In this document: positions 37,539-47,582 of the stretch, piece after piece
Layout of the letters: each line of letters begins with the position of its first letter
Numbering within the stretch: the first letter of the stretch is position 1
DNA from: Lachnospiraceae bacterium
GTDB taxonomy: Bacteria > Bacillota > Clostridia > Lachnospirales > Lachnospiraceae
Length of the DNA: 64,000 bases
Assembly (NCBI GenBank): GCA_045642905.1
Contig: JAZUJT010000046.1
Span: 20,952 to 84,951 of the forward strand
Reading direction: 5' to 3'
The notes under the pieces: generated by a model
The model's input: only the letters and a program-made list of their open reading frames with translations
Told to the model about the DNA's origin: nothing
Database searches by the model: none
Program-made: the position numbers and the translations under genes

Positions 37539-37572
37539 TACCCCGGAAGGCCTTGCCTTTCGGGGTATTTTT
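37539..37572 (+). terminator. Intrinsic terminator after pckA
   Basis: TACCCCGGAAGGC/GCCTTTCGGGGTA plus T-tract. Confidence 0.85.
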
Positions 37573-37585
37573 ATAGGTATGGATT

Positions 37586-38329
37586 ATGAAGAACAATTAC
37601 AGATTTATTATTCAATATGACGGTACGAGATATTACGGATGGGAACATCAGCCAAATACCGATATGACAATTCAGGGTAAACTTGAAAACGTCCTTTCGA
37701 AGATGACCGGTGAAGAAGTTGAGGTTCTCGGTGCGGGCCGAACGGATGCCGGTGTACATGCCGTCGGAATGGTTGCCAATGCTTTTCTTAATACAGATAT
37801 GTCTGTTGACGAAATAAAAGCATACATGAATCAATATCTTCCCGATGATATTGGCGTAAATTCGGTTATAAAAGCGGGAGACCGTTTTCACAGCAGATAC
37901 AATGCAACCGGAAAGACTTACTGCTATACATGTTATTATGGCGAGAATAAAGCTTTGTTTGACAGAAAGTATGTGTATTCTCTGGACAAAAAGCCTGATA
38001 TTGATCTTATGAAAAAAGCCGCCGAGATATTACGCGGTGAACATGATTTTGCTTCTTTTTGTTCCAACCCCAAAATGAAAAAATCTACTGTTCGAAATGT
38101 CGACAGTATTACTATAACGGAAGAAGGTAATTACATTAAATTTACTTATCACGGCTCGGGATTTTTACAGCATATGGTAAGAATTCTTACGGGTACTTTG
38201 CTTGAAGTGGGATTTAAGCAAAGAACTTTTGAATCAATGAACGATCTTATTGAATGTAAAGACCGCAAAATGGCCGGTATGACTGCACCGGCGTGCGGAT
38301 TGTGTCTGATTAAAGTTGATTATTCGTAA
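37586..38329 (+). CDS. truA: tRNA pseudouridine(38-40) synthase
   Basis: YDGT.Y.GW, GAGRTDAGVHA, HDFASF, FLQHMVR. Confidence 0.96.
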   Translation: MKNNYRFIIQYDGTRYYGWEHQPNTDMTIQGKLENVLSKMTGEEVEVLGAGRTDAGVHAVGMVANAFLNTDMSVDEIKAYMNQYLPDDIGVNSVIKAGDRFHSRYNATGKTYCYTCYYGENKALFDRKYVYSLDKKPDIDLMKKAAEILRGEHDFASFCSNPKMKKSTVRNVDSITITEEGNYIKFTYHGSGFLQHMVRILTGTLLEVGFKQRTFESMNDLIECKDRKMAGMTAPACGLCLIKVDYS

Positions 38330-38352
38330 AGATTTATTTATGGATGTCTTTA

Positions 38353-38381
38353 TTGTTTTTTTAATTGATAAGATATATAAT
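38353..38381 (+). promoter_or_regulatory. Promoter of 6S RNA
   Basis: TTGTTT-17-TATAAT about 7 nt before the RNA 5' end. Confidence 0.65.
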
Positions 38382-38387
38382 TAACTC

Positions 38388-38558
38388 AACCTAAGTGTTG
38401 ATTTCCTGTTATTTTTGAACCTACAGTTACTTTAAACGGGATTCCTATATCTTCACATCGATGTCAGGCCTCCATAGAGTGGAAGGCAGAAATGTGTTTG
38501 CGGTTACCCACCTAGATGATATCTAGGAGTCAAAAGGCAGGAGTCGCATTTGGGGGTT
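38388..38558 (+). ncRNA. ssrS: 6S RNA
   Basis: ~170-nt ORF-free unit; 5' AACCTAAGTG..GATTTCCTG..TTTTGA pairs with 3' TCAAAAG..CAGGAGTC..CATTTGGGGGTT; contains TTGAACC and CCCACC motifs typical of Firmicutes 6S; own promoter and terminator. Confidence 0.8.
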
Positions 38559-38562
38559 AATT

Positions 38563-38589
38563 GGCGGCTATAGGTCGCCTTTTTCTTTT
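38563..38589 (+). terminator. Terminator of 6S RNA
   Basis: GGCGGC/GTCGCC stem plus T-tract. Confidence 0.75.
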
Positions 38590-38600
38590 GGGAGATTGTT

Positions 38601-39485
38601 TTGAAAAAGTTTATTTCAATTTGCAAAGAATTCGGCAAACAGTTAAAGGATGATAATGTAAACGCATATGCGGGAAGCTGTGCGTTTTTTGTGTTTCTTT
38701 CATTAATTCCCGTTATTATTGTAATTCTTGCAATTCTTCCTTATACACCTGTTTCCGAAGCTGATTTGTTGTCGTTTTTTGATAACTTACTTCCGGATTT
38801 TGCAATGTCGATTATTTCCGGAATGATTTCGGAAGTATACGATAAATCCATCGGTATTATTTCGGTTTCCGCAATCGCTGCTTTATGGTCCGCAGGAAAA
38901 GGCTTCAATTCTCTTGTTTACGGCTTAAATGCCATTGAACATTATTCTGAAAAAAGAAACGGATTTCTCGTAAGACTCTTTTCGACAATTTATACGATAA
39001 TGATGCTTGCGGCCATTATTTTGCTTTTGGTTATCATGGTTTACGGCGGTATTGCTGTAGATATTATTGTCGGTTACTTCCCGTCACTTTCTAATTTAAT
39101 GGAACTTTTTATGATACTTCGAACGCTTGTAATGATTGTTATTATGTCTTTCGTGTTTGTTCTTTTGTATGCATTTTTGCCTTCCAAGCGTCGCAAGTTC
39201 ATCTATCATATACCCGGTGCAGCGTTTACCGCATTTTCATGGACTATTTTTTCTTATGTATTTTTTCTTTATGTTGATACTACCAATGCTTTCAGCATGT
39301 ACGGCAGTCTGACACTTATTGTTATCCTGCTTATGTGGCTTTATTTTCTTATGTATCTTGTTCTGTTCGGAGCAAATATCAATAAGTATTTAAGACCGTT
39401 TGTCAAAGCATATAATACGGAGCGAAAAGAAAGAAAAAAAGACAGATCCAATTGTGATACAAATGTCGAAAACCTTGACAAATAA
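38601..39485 (+). CDS. YihY/BrkB family membrane protein
   Basis: A...AFF.FLSLIP, ALWSA.KG, PGA, YGSL..IV.LLMWLY; TTG start. Confidence 0.9.
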   Translation: MKKFISICKEFGKQLKDDNVNAYAGSCAFFVFLSLIPVIIVILAILPYTPVSEADLLSFFDNLLPDFAMSIISGMISEVYDKSIGIISVSAIAALWSAGKGFNSLVYGLNAIEHYSEKRNGFLVRLFSTIYTIMMLAAIILLLVIMVYGGIAVDIIVGYFPSLSNLMELFMILRTLVMIVIMSFVFVLLYAFLPSKRRKFIYHIPGAAFTAFSWTIFSYVFFLYVDTTNAFSMYGSLTLIVILLMWLYFLMYLVLFGANINKYLRPFVKAYNTERKERKKDRSNCDTNVENLDK

Positions 39486-39503
39486 GCACTTTTTAAATAT
39501 ATT
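39475..39503 (+). promoter_or_regulatory. Sigma-A promoter of aminopeptidase-queA-LTA synthase run
   Basis: TTGACA-17-TATATT overlapping the yihY 3' end. Confidence 0.65.
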
Positions 39504-39591
39504 AGTATCTGTTGTTTTATCGTAATATTTCGCTTTTGAAATTTTTTAAAGCGATAAAGATTTATTTTTATTACGCAAGGAGATTATTCTT

Positions 39592-41007
39592 ATGGAACCT
39601 AAAAATGTATGGGAAACTTACAGTGCCAAACAGGCCAAAGAGTTGGAGGTTTTCTGCAAAGACTACAGAGACTTTCTTGATAACGGAAAGACTGAAAGAG
39701 AATGCGTAAATATTATTGTTAATCTTGCGGAAAAGTCGGGATATGTCGAGCTTGAAGAAAGATTAAAGAAGAAGACCAAGCTTAAAAAGGGCGAAAAGAT
39801 TTACGCTGTTAATATGAATAAGTCTATCCTTCTTTTTAATATTGGAGAAGATTCATTAAGTAACGGTATGAATATTCTCGGCGCTCATATCGATTCCCCC
39901 AGAATGGATGTAAAGAGCAATCCTTTATATGAAGATTCATCTATTTCTTATCTTGATACTCATTACTATGGCGGTATCAAGAAATATCAATGGGTTGCAA
40001 CACCTCTTTCAATTCACGGTGTTGTAGTCAAAAAGGATGGAACTACGATTGAAATTTCCGTAGGAGAAGAGGAAGATGATCCCGTATTCTTCGTATCCGA
40101 TTTGCTTATTCACCTTGCGGGAGACCAGATGGACAAGAAGGCTTCCAAGGTAGTTGAAGGCGAAGCTTTGGATGTCATTGTTGGTAACAAGCCTTTGGTT
40201 ATTAAAGCATCTAAGAATGCCGATTCCAAGGAAAGCAAGAAAGATCCCGTTAAAGCCAACGTTTTAAAAATCCTGAAAGATGATTACGATATGGACGAAG
40301 AGGATTTTCTTTCGGCAGAACTTGAAGTTGTACCCGCCGGCAAGGCAAGAGAAGCAGGCTTTGACAGAAGCATGATTCTTGCTTACGGACAGGACGACCG
40401 CGTTTGTGCATTCTCTTCATTATATGCAATGTTACAGGTTAAGGATGTTAAGCGTACTTCATGCTGTATCCTCGTTGACAAGGAAGAAATCGGTTCTGTC
40501 GGCGCAACGGGTATGACATCTCTTTACTTTGAAAATGTTATTGCAGAGCTTATTAATCTTGAAGGAAATTACAGCGAGCTTTCTGTCAGAAGATGCCTTG
40601 CAAATTCATGCATGCTTTCTTCGGACGTTAATGCCGCATTCGATCCTTCATATGCATATGCTTTCGAGAAGAAAAATTCTTCATACATGGGTAGCGGTAT
40701 GGTATTTTCCAAGTTTACCGCTTCAAGAGGAAAGTCCGGTTCAAACGATGCCAACGCAGAGTTCATTGCTTACCTTCGCAAGATTCTTGACGATGCCAAG
40801 GTTGTATATCAGATTGCCGAGCTTGGTAAGGTTGATATCGGCGGAGGCGGAACAATCGCTTACATTATGGCCAAGTACGGAATGAATGTTATTGATGCCG
40901 GAGTTGCCGTTCTTAACATGCATGCTCCTTACGAAGCCACCAGTAAGGCTGACGTTTACGAAACAATGAGAGGTTATGTAGCATTTTTAAATGCGATGGG
41001 AATGTAA
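39592..41007 (+). CDS. M18 family aminopeptidase
   Basis: GKTERE, GAHIDSPR, HYYGGIKKYQW, GQDDR, DKEEIGS, GGGGTIA, MHAP.E. Confidence 0.93.
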   Translation: MEPKNVWETYSAKQAKELEVFCKDYRDFLDNGKTERECVNIIVNLAEKSGYVELEERLKKKTKLKKGEKIYAVNMNKSILLFNIGEDSLSNGMNILGAHIDSPRMDVKSNPLYEDSSISYLDTHYYGGIKKYQWVATPLSIHGVVVKKDGTTIEISVGEEEDDPVFFVSDLLIHLAGDQMDKKASKVVEGEALDVIVGNKPLVIKASKNADSKESKKDPVKANVLKILKDDYDMDEEDFLSAELEVVPAGKAREAGFDRSMILAYGQDDRVCAFSSLYAMLQVKDVKRTSCCILVDKEEIGSVGATGMTSLYFENVIAELINLEGNYSELSVRRCLANSCMLSSDVNAAFDPSYAYAFEKKNSSYMGSGMVFSKFTASRGKSGSNDANAEFIAYLRKILDDAKVVYQIAELGKVDIGGGGTIAYIMAKYGMNVIDAGVAVLNMHAPYEATSKADVYETMRGYVAFLNAMGM

Positions 41008-41010
41008 TTA

Positions 41011-42045
41011 ATGGAAACACTTTTAAAATCGGATTATTTCTATGATCTTCCGGAAGAATTAATTGCACAGGACCCTTTGACCGACCGTTCGTCATCAAGA
41101 CTTATGCTTTTGGATAAGAAAAGCGGCGAAGTTGAGCACAAGACTTTTTCGGATATAAAAAGCTATTTGCGCGAAGGCGACTGCCTTGTACTTAATAATA
41201 CCAAGGTTATTCCCGCACGACTTATGGGCAAAAGAAAAGATACCGGTGCGGTTATCGAAGTCCTTTTACTTAAACGTCGCGATAACAATGTGTGGGAAAC
41301 ACTTGTTAAGCCGGGCAAAAAAGCCAAGGTCGGACAGGTTATTGAATTCGGTGACGGATTGCTTACGGGAACCGTTATAGGGATAGAAGAGGAAGGAAAT
41401 CGATTAATTCGATTTGACTTTGACGGAATTTTTGAAGAGATTTTGGATAAACTCGGAGAAATGCCTTTGCCTCCGTATATTACGCATAAGCTTCAGGACA
41501 AGAATCGTTACCAGACTGTTTATGCCAAGTATGAAGGCTCTGCCGCAGCTCCGACCGCAGGACTTCATTTCACCAGTGATCTTTTAAAAGAAATAGAAGC
41601 AATGGGTGTAAAAATTGTTTTTGTTACTTTGCATGTAGGTCTTGGAACATTCAGACCCGTTAAGGAAGACAATATTTTAAATCACCATATGCATTCGGAA
41701 TTTTATCAGGTTTCGGAAGAAGCCGCAAAGACCATAAACGAAACCAAGAAATCCGGCAACAGAGTTATTTGCGTAGGTACCACAAGCTGCAGAACCGTTG
41801 AAAGCGCAAGCGATGAAAACGGAGTTGTTCACGCGGGCAGTGATAATACCGAAATATTTATTTATCCGGGTTATAAGTTTATGGTTCTGGATTGCCTTAT
41901 AACAAATTTCCATCTTCCGGAATCTACGCTTATTATGCTTGTTTCGGCTCTTGCCGGAAGGGATAATGTTTTGAATGCTTATAAAATTGCCGTTGATGAA
42001 AAATATCGATTCTTTAGTTTCGGAGATGCCATGTTTATTCATTAA
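41011..42045 (+). CDS. queA: S-adenosylmethionine:tRNA ribosyltransferase-isomerase
   Basis: [46 protein letters not shown]. Confidence 0.97.
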   Translation: METLLKSDYFYDLPEELIAQDPLTDRSSSRLMLLDKKSGEVEHKTFSDIKSYLREGDCLVLNNTKVIPARLMGKRKDTGAVIEVLLLKRRDNNVWETLVKPGKKAKVGQVIEFGDGLLTGTVIGIEEEGNRLIRFDFDGIFEEILDKLGEMPLPPYITHKLQDKNRYQTVYAKYEGSAAAPTAGLHFTSDLLKEIEAMGVKIVFVTLHVGLGTFRPVKEDNILNHHMHSEFYQVSEEAAKTINETKKSGNRVICVGTTSCRTVESASDENGVVHAGSDNTEIFIYPGYKFMVLDCLITNFHLPESTLIMLVSALAGRDNVLNAYKIAVDEKYRFFSFGDAMFIH

Positions 42046-44291
42046 TGGCTGAGGTTTTTATGCTAAACGTTATAGAACTTATTGATTTGGATAAAGCTGA
42101 TAACGATGATACGGTATCGGAAGAGTCATTGAATGATTCTTCCGATATTTGTGATACTTCCGTTAAGAAAATCGGTTCAAATTTCTCTAAGATGTTTGAA
42201 CGATTTTCTTTTTTTGTTGTTGTTTTTCTTTTGCTTGAAATTGTATTTCATGTATGGGCTTTTAAAAAGTGTGACGCTTATTTCGGAGAAATTGTTGCCG
42301 TTATTGCATGCAATGCAATGATTTGCACTCTTTTTTCTTCATTCTTTCCCAAGGTACTCAATAAGATAATAACGGGACTCATTACGTTTACCGTATCGAT
42401 ATATTTTGTTGTTAACATTTTATATTACAGTGTTTTTCAGGTATTCTTTTCCGTTGCGTTAATTGATAAGACGAACATGAAGGTTGTTGAGTACAATCGG
42501 GAAATATTTACGGCATTTATGAATAACTTCGTTGTAATATTGATTACGCTTCTGGTGCCTGCGATTCTTTATGTTATTTCGCTTAAGGTCAATATATTTT
42601 GCTATGAAAGAGTTAAGCTTTTTATGCTGCCGGTAAATATCGGCTTTTTTGCCGTTACGGTTTTTATTCTTTACGTCGTAACTATATTGTACGGAAAAGA
42701 AACATTTTCTCCTTACAGTCAGATTTTTTATCAAAGCACATCCGAGGTCTCGGTTGACAGGCTCGGTGTTATCGGAAATTTTGAAACGGAAATTATCGAT
42801 ACGATAGTTCACAAAGATATTTTTCCCGAAGAGGCTTTTGAAGAGCCCGAAAAGGTCTGGGTTGACGATAGAAAAACCGAAGAAACCGTTTCGGGAAACA
42901 ATATCGAAGATCCGAAAGATTACGAGGCATCTTCCGATGAATCGAAGGTTGAAAACATACAGCCCGAAGAAAAGGTTATTGATACCTCGCCCAATATTCT
43001 CGACCTTGATTTTGTTGCCATGAAGGAAAAAGAAACCGATGAATTCGTGTCGGGTATTTCCAATTATTTGTCAACTGTTGAACCAAGTTACAAAAATGAA
43101 TATACCGGAATGTTTGAAGGATACAATTTGATATTTTTGACTGCCGAAGCTTTTTCAACATGGGCTGTGGATGAAAAACTTACTCCTACATTGTACAGAC
43201 TTACGCATGAAGGAATCGTTTGCAATAATTTTTATAATCCGAGAACCGGCGGATCGACAAGTGACGGAGAATTTGTTAACTGTACAAGTCTCTATCCTGT
43301 TTGCGGCAGCGCCAAAAACTTTAAGATTGTAGGTCAGAATTCAATGCCTTTCTCGCTTGGCAATATGTTTAACCGTAAATACAATATTACGAGCCGGGCA
43401 TATCATGATAATGACTATACATATTACGGACGAGATATTTCATATCCTGCGATGGGGTACTATTACCAGGGAATGGGAAACGGCCTTGAAATTGAGAATC
43501 ATTGGCCGGCAAGCGATCTTCAAATGATTGAAAGCACTGTAGACGAATATATTGATGATGATATATTCCATGTATATTACATGACCGTAAGCGGACATCT
43601 CAATTATGAGTTTTCTGGAAACTGGTGCAGTAAACTTCATAAGGATGAAGTTATGGACTTGCCGTATTCAACTCCCTGCAAAGCATATCTTGCCTGCAAT
43701 ATTGAGCTCGACCGAGCTTTGGAATATCTTATTAAAAAACTTGAAGAAAAAGGAATTGCCGAGAAGACCGTAATATGCTTTACGGGAGATCATTGGCCGT
43801 ACGGACTTACCAACGAAGAGATTTCGGAGCTTGCGGGACATGAAGTAGAGGAAAATTTCGAATTATTTAAATCAAGTCTTGTATTGTGGAGCGAATCCAT
43901 AAAGGAACCCATATACGTTGACAAGCAGTGCTCAAGCATGGATATTTTGCCGACTCTTTTGAATCTTTTCGGATTTGATTACGATTCGAGATTATTGATG
44001 GGCCGTGATATTATGTCCGATACCGAAGGTTTTGTCATGTTCATAAACAGAAGCTTTATTACGGATAAGGTTATGTACAATTCACTTACCAAGGATATTA
44101 CATATCTTACCGACGAGCCGGTTGATGATGAATATATTTCAACTCAGAAAAAGAAACTTAACAACAGATGGAAATATTCCGAACGTATAATGACTTATGA
44201 TTATTACAAATATATTTGCGATGAACTTGGGATAGAGATACCTTTTGTCGAGCAAAATTACGTTCCGGATTACAGCAAATTTACACCCTAA
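42045..44291 (+). CDS. LTA synthase / sulfatase-family membrane protein
   Basis: About five N-terminal TMs, acidic linker, NLIFLTAEAF, TSDGEF, TVSGH, GDH.PYG, DILPTLLNLFG, G.D. Confidence 0.85.
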   Translation: MAEVFMLNVIELIDLDKADNDDTVSEESLNDSSDICDTSVKKIGSNFSKMFERFSFFVVVFLLLEIVFHVWAFKKCDAYFGEIVAVIACNAMICTLFSSFFPKVLNKIITGLITFTVSIYFVVNILYYSVFQVFFSVALIDKTNMKVVEYNREIFTAFMNNFVVILITLLVPAILYVISLKVNIFCYERVKLFMLPVNIGFFAVTVFILYVVTILYGKETFSPYSQIFYQSTSEVSVDRLGVIGNFETEIIDTIVHKDIFPEEAFEEPEKVWVDDRKTEETVSGNNIEDPKDYEASSDESKVENIQPEEKVIDTSPNILDLDFVAMKEKETDEFVSGISNYLSTVEPSYKNEYTGMFEGYNLIFLTAEAFSTWAVDEKLTPTLYRLTHEGIVCNNFYNPRTGGSTSDGEFVNCTSLYPVCGSAKNFKIVGQNSMPFSLGNMFNRKYNITSRAYHDNDYTYYGRDISYPAMGYYYQGMGNGLEIENHWPASDLQMIESTVDEYIDDDIFHVYYMTVSGHLNYEFSGNWCSKLHKDEVMDLPYSTPCKAYLACNIELDRALEYLIKKLEEKGIAEKTVICFTGDHWPYGLTNEEISELAGHEVEENFELFKSSLVLWSESIKEPIYVDKQCSSMDILPTLLNLFGFDYDSRLLMGRDIMSDTEGFVMFINRSFITDKVMYNSLTKDITYLTDEPVDDEYISTQKKKLNNRWKYSERIMTYDYYKYICDELGIEIPFVEQNYVPDYSKFTP

Positions 44292-44376
44292 GTTCGCACT
44301 TTACAATGTTAATTGTTTTGGTTAAAATAGCAATTAAAGAAGATATTTTTCTTATAAAAATTTCGGAGGACTCGAT

Positions 44377-44715
44377 ATGCAGGAGAAAAGAAGAAGCAAA
44401 CGTACGGAACTTATATCTAAACTTTTGCTTAAAAGACTTGATGGTTCAAGTGTTGAAGAGGTAAACATCGAAGTATCCGATGTTTCCAAGACAGGGGTTG
44501 GGTTTACTTCCGATAAGGCATTAACTATCGGAGCGGTATATGAATCATTTCTTACTATTTGGACGAAGGAAGTTTTACATGCATTTGTTGAAATCGTAAG
44601 AATTGAAAAAGTCGGTAACAAGTTCAATTACGGCGGTATTTTTATCGGAATGCCCGAGATGGATGCAGCCAGAATCGAAACGTATCAGACTGTTGAGGAT
44701 GAGATAAGGAAATAA
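44377..44715 (+). CDS. Stand-alone PilZ domain protein
   Basis: RRSKR (RxxxR) and DVSKTG (DxSxxG) c-di-GMP motifs. Confidence 0.9.
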   Translation: MQEKRRSKRTELISKLLLKRLDGSSVEEVNIEVSDVSKTGVGFTSDKALTIGAVYESFLTIWTKEVLHAFVEIVRIEKVGNKFNYGGIFIGMPEMDAARIETYQTVEDEIRK

Positions 44716-44730
44716 ATGTACAATTTACTT

Positions 44731-44760
44731 AAAAGGCGCCTTTGCGAAGGCGTCTTTTTT
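44731..44760 (+). terminator. Intrinsic terminator after PilZ gene
   Basis: AAAAGGCGCCTT/AAGGCGTCTTTT. Confidence 0.85.
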
Positions 44761-44896
44761 GTTATATTTCTAAATTTTTACTTGCGTAAAGTCTATTTGT
44801 TTAGTAAAATGTACCTATGAAACCGAAATTTTGTGTTAATTTTTTGAAAAATGCAACAATTTTCGGAATCAATTCTATTTTCGGAGGTTAGCAAAT

Positions 44897-46990
44897 ATGA
44901 ATGTTTACACAACTGACAAGATAAGAAACGTCGTATTATTGGGGCACGGCGGATGCGGAAAGACTTCTCTTGCGGAAGCAATGGCATATCTTGCAGGTCT
45001 TACTTCTCGTATGGGTAAGACGGATGACGGAAACACAATCAGCGATTACGGTAAAGAAGAACAGAAGAGAAAGTTTTCAATAAATACATCATTGATTCCT
45101 CTCGAATGGGAAGGATATAAGATTAATCTTTTGGATACACCCGGATATTTCGATTTTGTTGGTGAAGTTGAGGAAGCTGTTGCAGCAGCCGATGCAGCCA
45201 TTATAGTTGTATCGGGTAAATCGGGATTTGAAGTAGGTACCGAAAAGGCGTGGGACATTTGCGAAAAGTATAAGCTTCCCAGATTTGTATTTGTTACGGA
45301 TATGGATTTGGATAATGCTTCATTTAAAAATGTTCTTGAAACAATGAGCGAGAAATACGGAAAGAGAATGGCTCCTTTCCATCTTCCCATCAGAGAGAAC
45401 GAAAAGCTTATCGGTTATGTAAATGTTATTTCCGAAACCGGTAATAAGTGGCAGGGTAAGGAAGCGGTTGAAATTCCCGTTCCCGAGTATTCAAAAGCCA
45501 ATCTTGCACAGTACAGAGATACTCTTCTTGAAACTGTTGCCGAGACAAGCGAAGAATTTATGGACAGATACTTCAGCGGCGAGACATTCTCCGAAGCTGA
45601 AATCAGAGCTGCATTAAGACAGAACGTTATGGATTCATCCGTTGTTCCCATGACAATGGGGTCAAGTGTTCTTTGTTACGGTATTTATACTTTGCTGGAT
45701 GATATTATTAAATACTTCCCCAGCCCCGAAAATTGCAAGATTGCCGGTATTTCCACAAAGACCAATGAAATTTTTGAAGCCAATTATGATTTCTCCAAGA
45801 CTAAATCGGCTTTCGTATTTAAGACAATTGTCGATCCTTTTATCGGTAAGTATTCACTCATTAAGGTTTGTTCAGGTGTATTGAAGCCCGATGACATGAT
45901 TTACAATCTTGATAAGGACATCGAAGAAAAGGTAAGTAAGCTTTATACTCTTCAGGGTAACAAGCCTATTGAAATTTCAGAATTACACGCAGGTGATATC
46001 GGTGCTATTCCGAAATTATCGGCTGCTCGTACAGGAAACTCACTTTCCACAAAGGCCAATGTTATCAAGTATCCTATGTTTGATGTTTCAAAGCCTTATA
46101 CATACAAGAGATATAAAGCTGTTAATAAAGCGGATATCGATAAGATTTCACAGGCTCTTCAGAAGATTACGCATGAAGACCTTACCATTAAGAATGTCAA
46201 CGATTCCGAGAACGGACAGATGCTTCTTTACGGAATGGGCGATATGCATCTTGACCTTGCTGTTTCCAGACTTAAGAACGAATATAAAGTTGAAGTGGAA
46301 CTTGAGAAACCCAAGATTGCATTCAGAGAAACCATTAAGAAGAAATCGGATGTTGAATACAAGTATAAGAAACAATCCGGCGGACATGGTCAGTACGGTC
46401 ATGTAAAGATGAGATTTGAACCTGCTGACGATATTAAGGTTCCTTATACATTCGAAGAAGAAGTTGTCGGCGGTGCTATTCCCAAGAACTACTTCCCCGC
46501 AGTTGAAAAGGGACTTCAGGATTCGGTTGAAAGAGGACCTTTGGCAGCATATCCCGTAGTCGGTGTAAAGGCTGTTTTATATGATGGTTCTTATCATCCT
46601 GTTGATTCTTCCGAAATGGCATTTAAGATGGCTACCATTCAGGCATTTAAGAAAGGATTTATGGAAGCAGGCCCCGTACTTCTCGAGCCTATTGCTACTT
46701 TAAAGGTTAATGTTCCCGATTCCTTTACCGGTGACGTTATGGGAGACCTTAATAAGAGAAGAGGCCGTGTTCTTGGCATGAATCCCATACCCGGCGGAAG
46801 ACAGATTATTGAAGCAAGTATTCCGATGATGAGCCTTTATGGTTATTGTACAGACCTTCGCTCCATGACCGGTGGACGAGGAGAGTACGAATATGAATTT
46901 GATCGCTATGAGCAGGCTCCCAGTGATATTCAGGAAGCTCAGGTTAAAGAACGTGCAGCTAAGGTTGCCGAATCAAATGTTGATGCATGA
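44897..46990 (+). CDS. Elongation factor G paralogue (EF-G II type, outside str operon)
   Basis: IRNV..GHGGCGKT, DTPG..DF, G.G..HL, KKQSGGHGQYG, DGSYHPVDSSEMAF, LRSMT.GRG. Confidence 0.92.
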   Translation: MNVYTTDKIRNVVLLGHGGCGKTSLAEAMAYLAGLTSRMGKTDDGNTISDYGKEEQKRKFSINTSLIPLEWEGYKINLLDTPGYFDFVGEVEEAVAAADAAIIVVSGKSGFEVGTEKAWDICEKYKLPRFVFVTDMDLDNASFKNVLETMSEKYGKRMAPFHLPIRENEKLIGYVNVISETGNKWQGKEAVEIPVPEYSKANLAQYRDTLLETVAETSEEFMDRYFSGETFSEAEIRAALRQNVMDSSVVPMTMGSSVLCYGIYTLLDDIIKYFPSPENCKIAGISTKTNEIFEANYDFSKTKSAFVFKTIVDPFIGKYSLIKVCSGVLKPDDMIYNLDKDIEEKVSKLYTLQGNKPIEISELHAGDIGAIPKLSAARTGNSLSTKANVIKYPMFDVSKPYTYKRYKAVNKADIDKISQALQKITHEDLTIKNVNDSENGQMLLYGMGDMHLDLAVSRLKNEYKVEVELEKPKIAFRETIKKKSDVEYKYKKQSGGHGQYGHVKMRFEPADDIKVPYTFEEEVVGGAIPKNYFPAVEKGLQDSVERGPLAAYPVVGVKAVLYDGSYHPVDSSEMAFKMATIQAFKKGFMEAGPVLLEPIATLKVNVPDSFTGDVMGDLNKRRGRVLGMNPIPGGRQIIEASIPMMSLYGYCTDLRSMTGGRGEYEYEFDRYEQAPSDIQEAQVKERAAKVAESNVDA

Positions 46991-47012
46991 TTAATTCATA
47001 TGTTATATAATG

Positions 47013-47041
47013 AGAAACGGTTGCAGGTTGCAACCGTTTCT
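47013..47041. other. Strong hairpin between EF-G II and Hpt gene
   Basis: AGAAACGGTTGCA-GGT-TGCAACCGTTTCT; weak T-tract, so terminator or mRNA stabiliser. Confidence 0.6.
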
Positions 47042-47068
47042 TAATATTTGTAAAGGTGGAATTTATTT

Positions 47069-47428
47069 ATGTTAGAATCACAGAAAGAAAAACTTTTGTC
47101 TTTGGATGTTGATTTGGATGAGACATTGGAACGATTTGTCGGTAATGAAAATTTGTTTTTTAAATGTTTGAATCGTTTTTTGGACGATACCAACTATCAT
47201 CAGCTGCTCGCCGCAATCGATATTAACGATGCAAAGGTTGCTTTTGAAGCTGCACATGCATTAAAGGGTGTAGCCGCAAATTTGGGATTTGTTAATTTGT
47301 ATCATGAAGTTTCTGTTATTACGGATGTATTCAGAGCAGGCTCCATGGAATATGACAAGGATAATTTTGAACGTATAAAGAGCGAATACAATAAAACCGT
47401 AGATGTTATTCGTACCTTGGGAATTTAA
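47069..47428 (+). CDS. Stand-alone Hpt phosphotransfer protein
   Basis: AHALKGVAANLG. Confidence 0.9.
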   Translation: MLESQKEKLLSLDVDLDETLERFVGNENLFFKCLNRFLDDTNYHQLLAAIDINDAKVAFEAAHALKGVAANLGFVNLYHEVSVITDVFRAGSMEYDKDNFERIKSEYNKTVDVIRTLGI

Positions 47429-47450
47429 CAATATATTGTATTGCATAAGC

Positions 47451-47482
47451 CGTTTGGAAAATCTTTCCAAACGTCTTTTTTT
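47451..47482 (+). terminator. Intrinsic terminator after Hpt gene
   Basis: CGTTTGGAAA/TTTCCAAACG plus T-tract. Confidence 0.85.
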
Positions 47483-47582
47483 ATGCCTTTTTAACTTCAT
47501 ATAGTGTATTAATACATCGGTCGGTAACTATATCTTGTAAAGATTACTCTTGATAAATTATCAATATATAGTAAAATAGAAC

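Noticed and set aside
39512-39709. Leader peptide or attenuator before the M18 aminopeptidase
   Set aside because: Only weak AT-rich pairings (TCGCTTT/AAAGCGA); the ORF has no RBS and overlaps the peptidase out of frame
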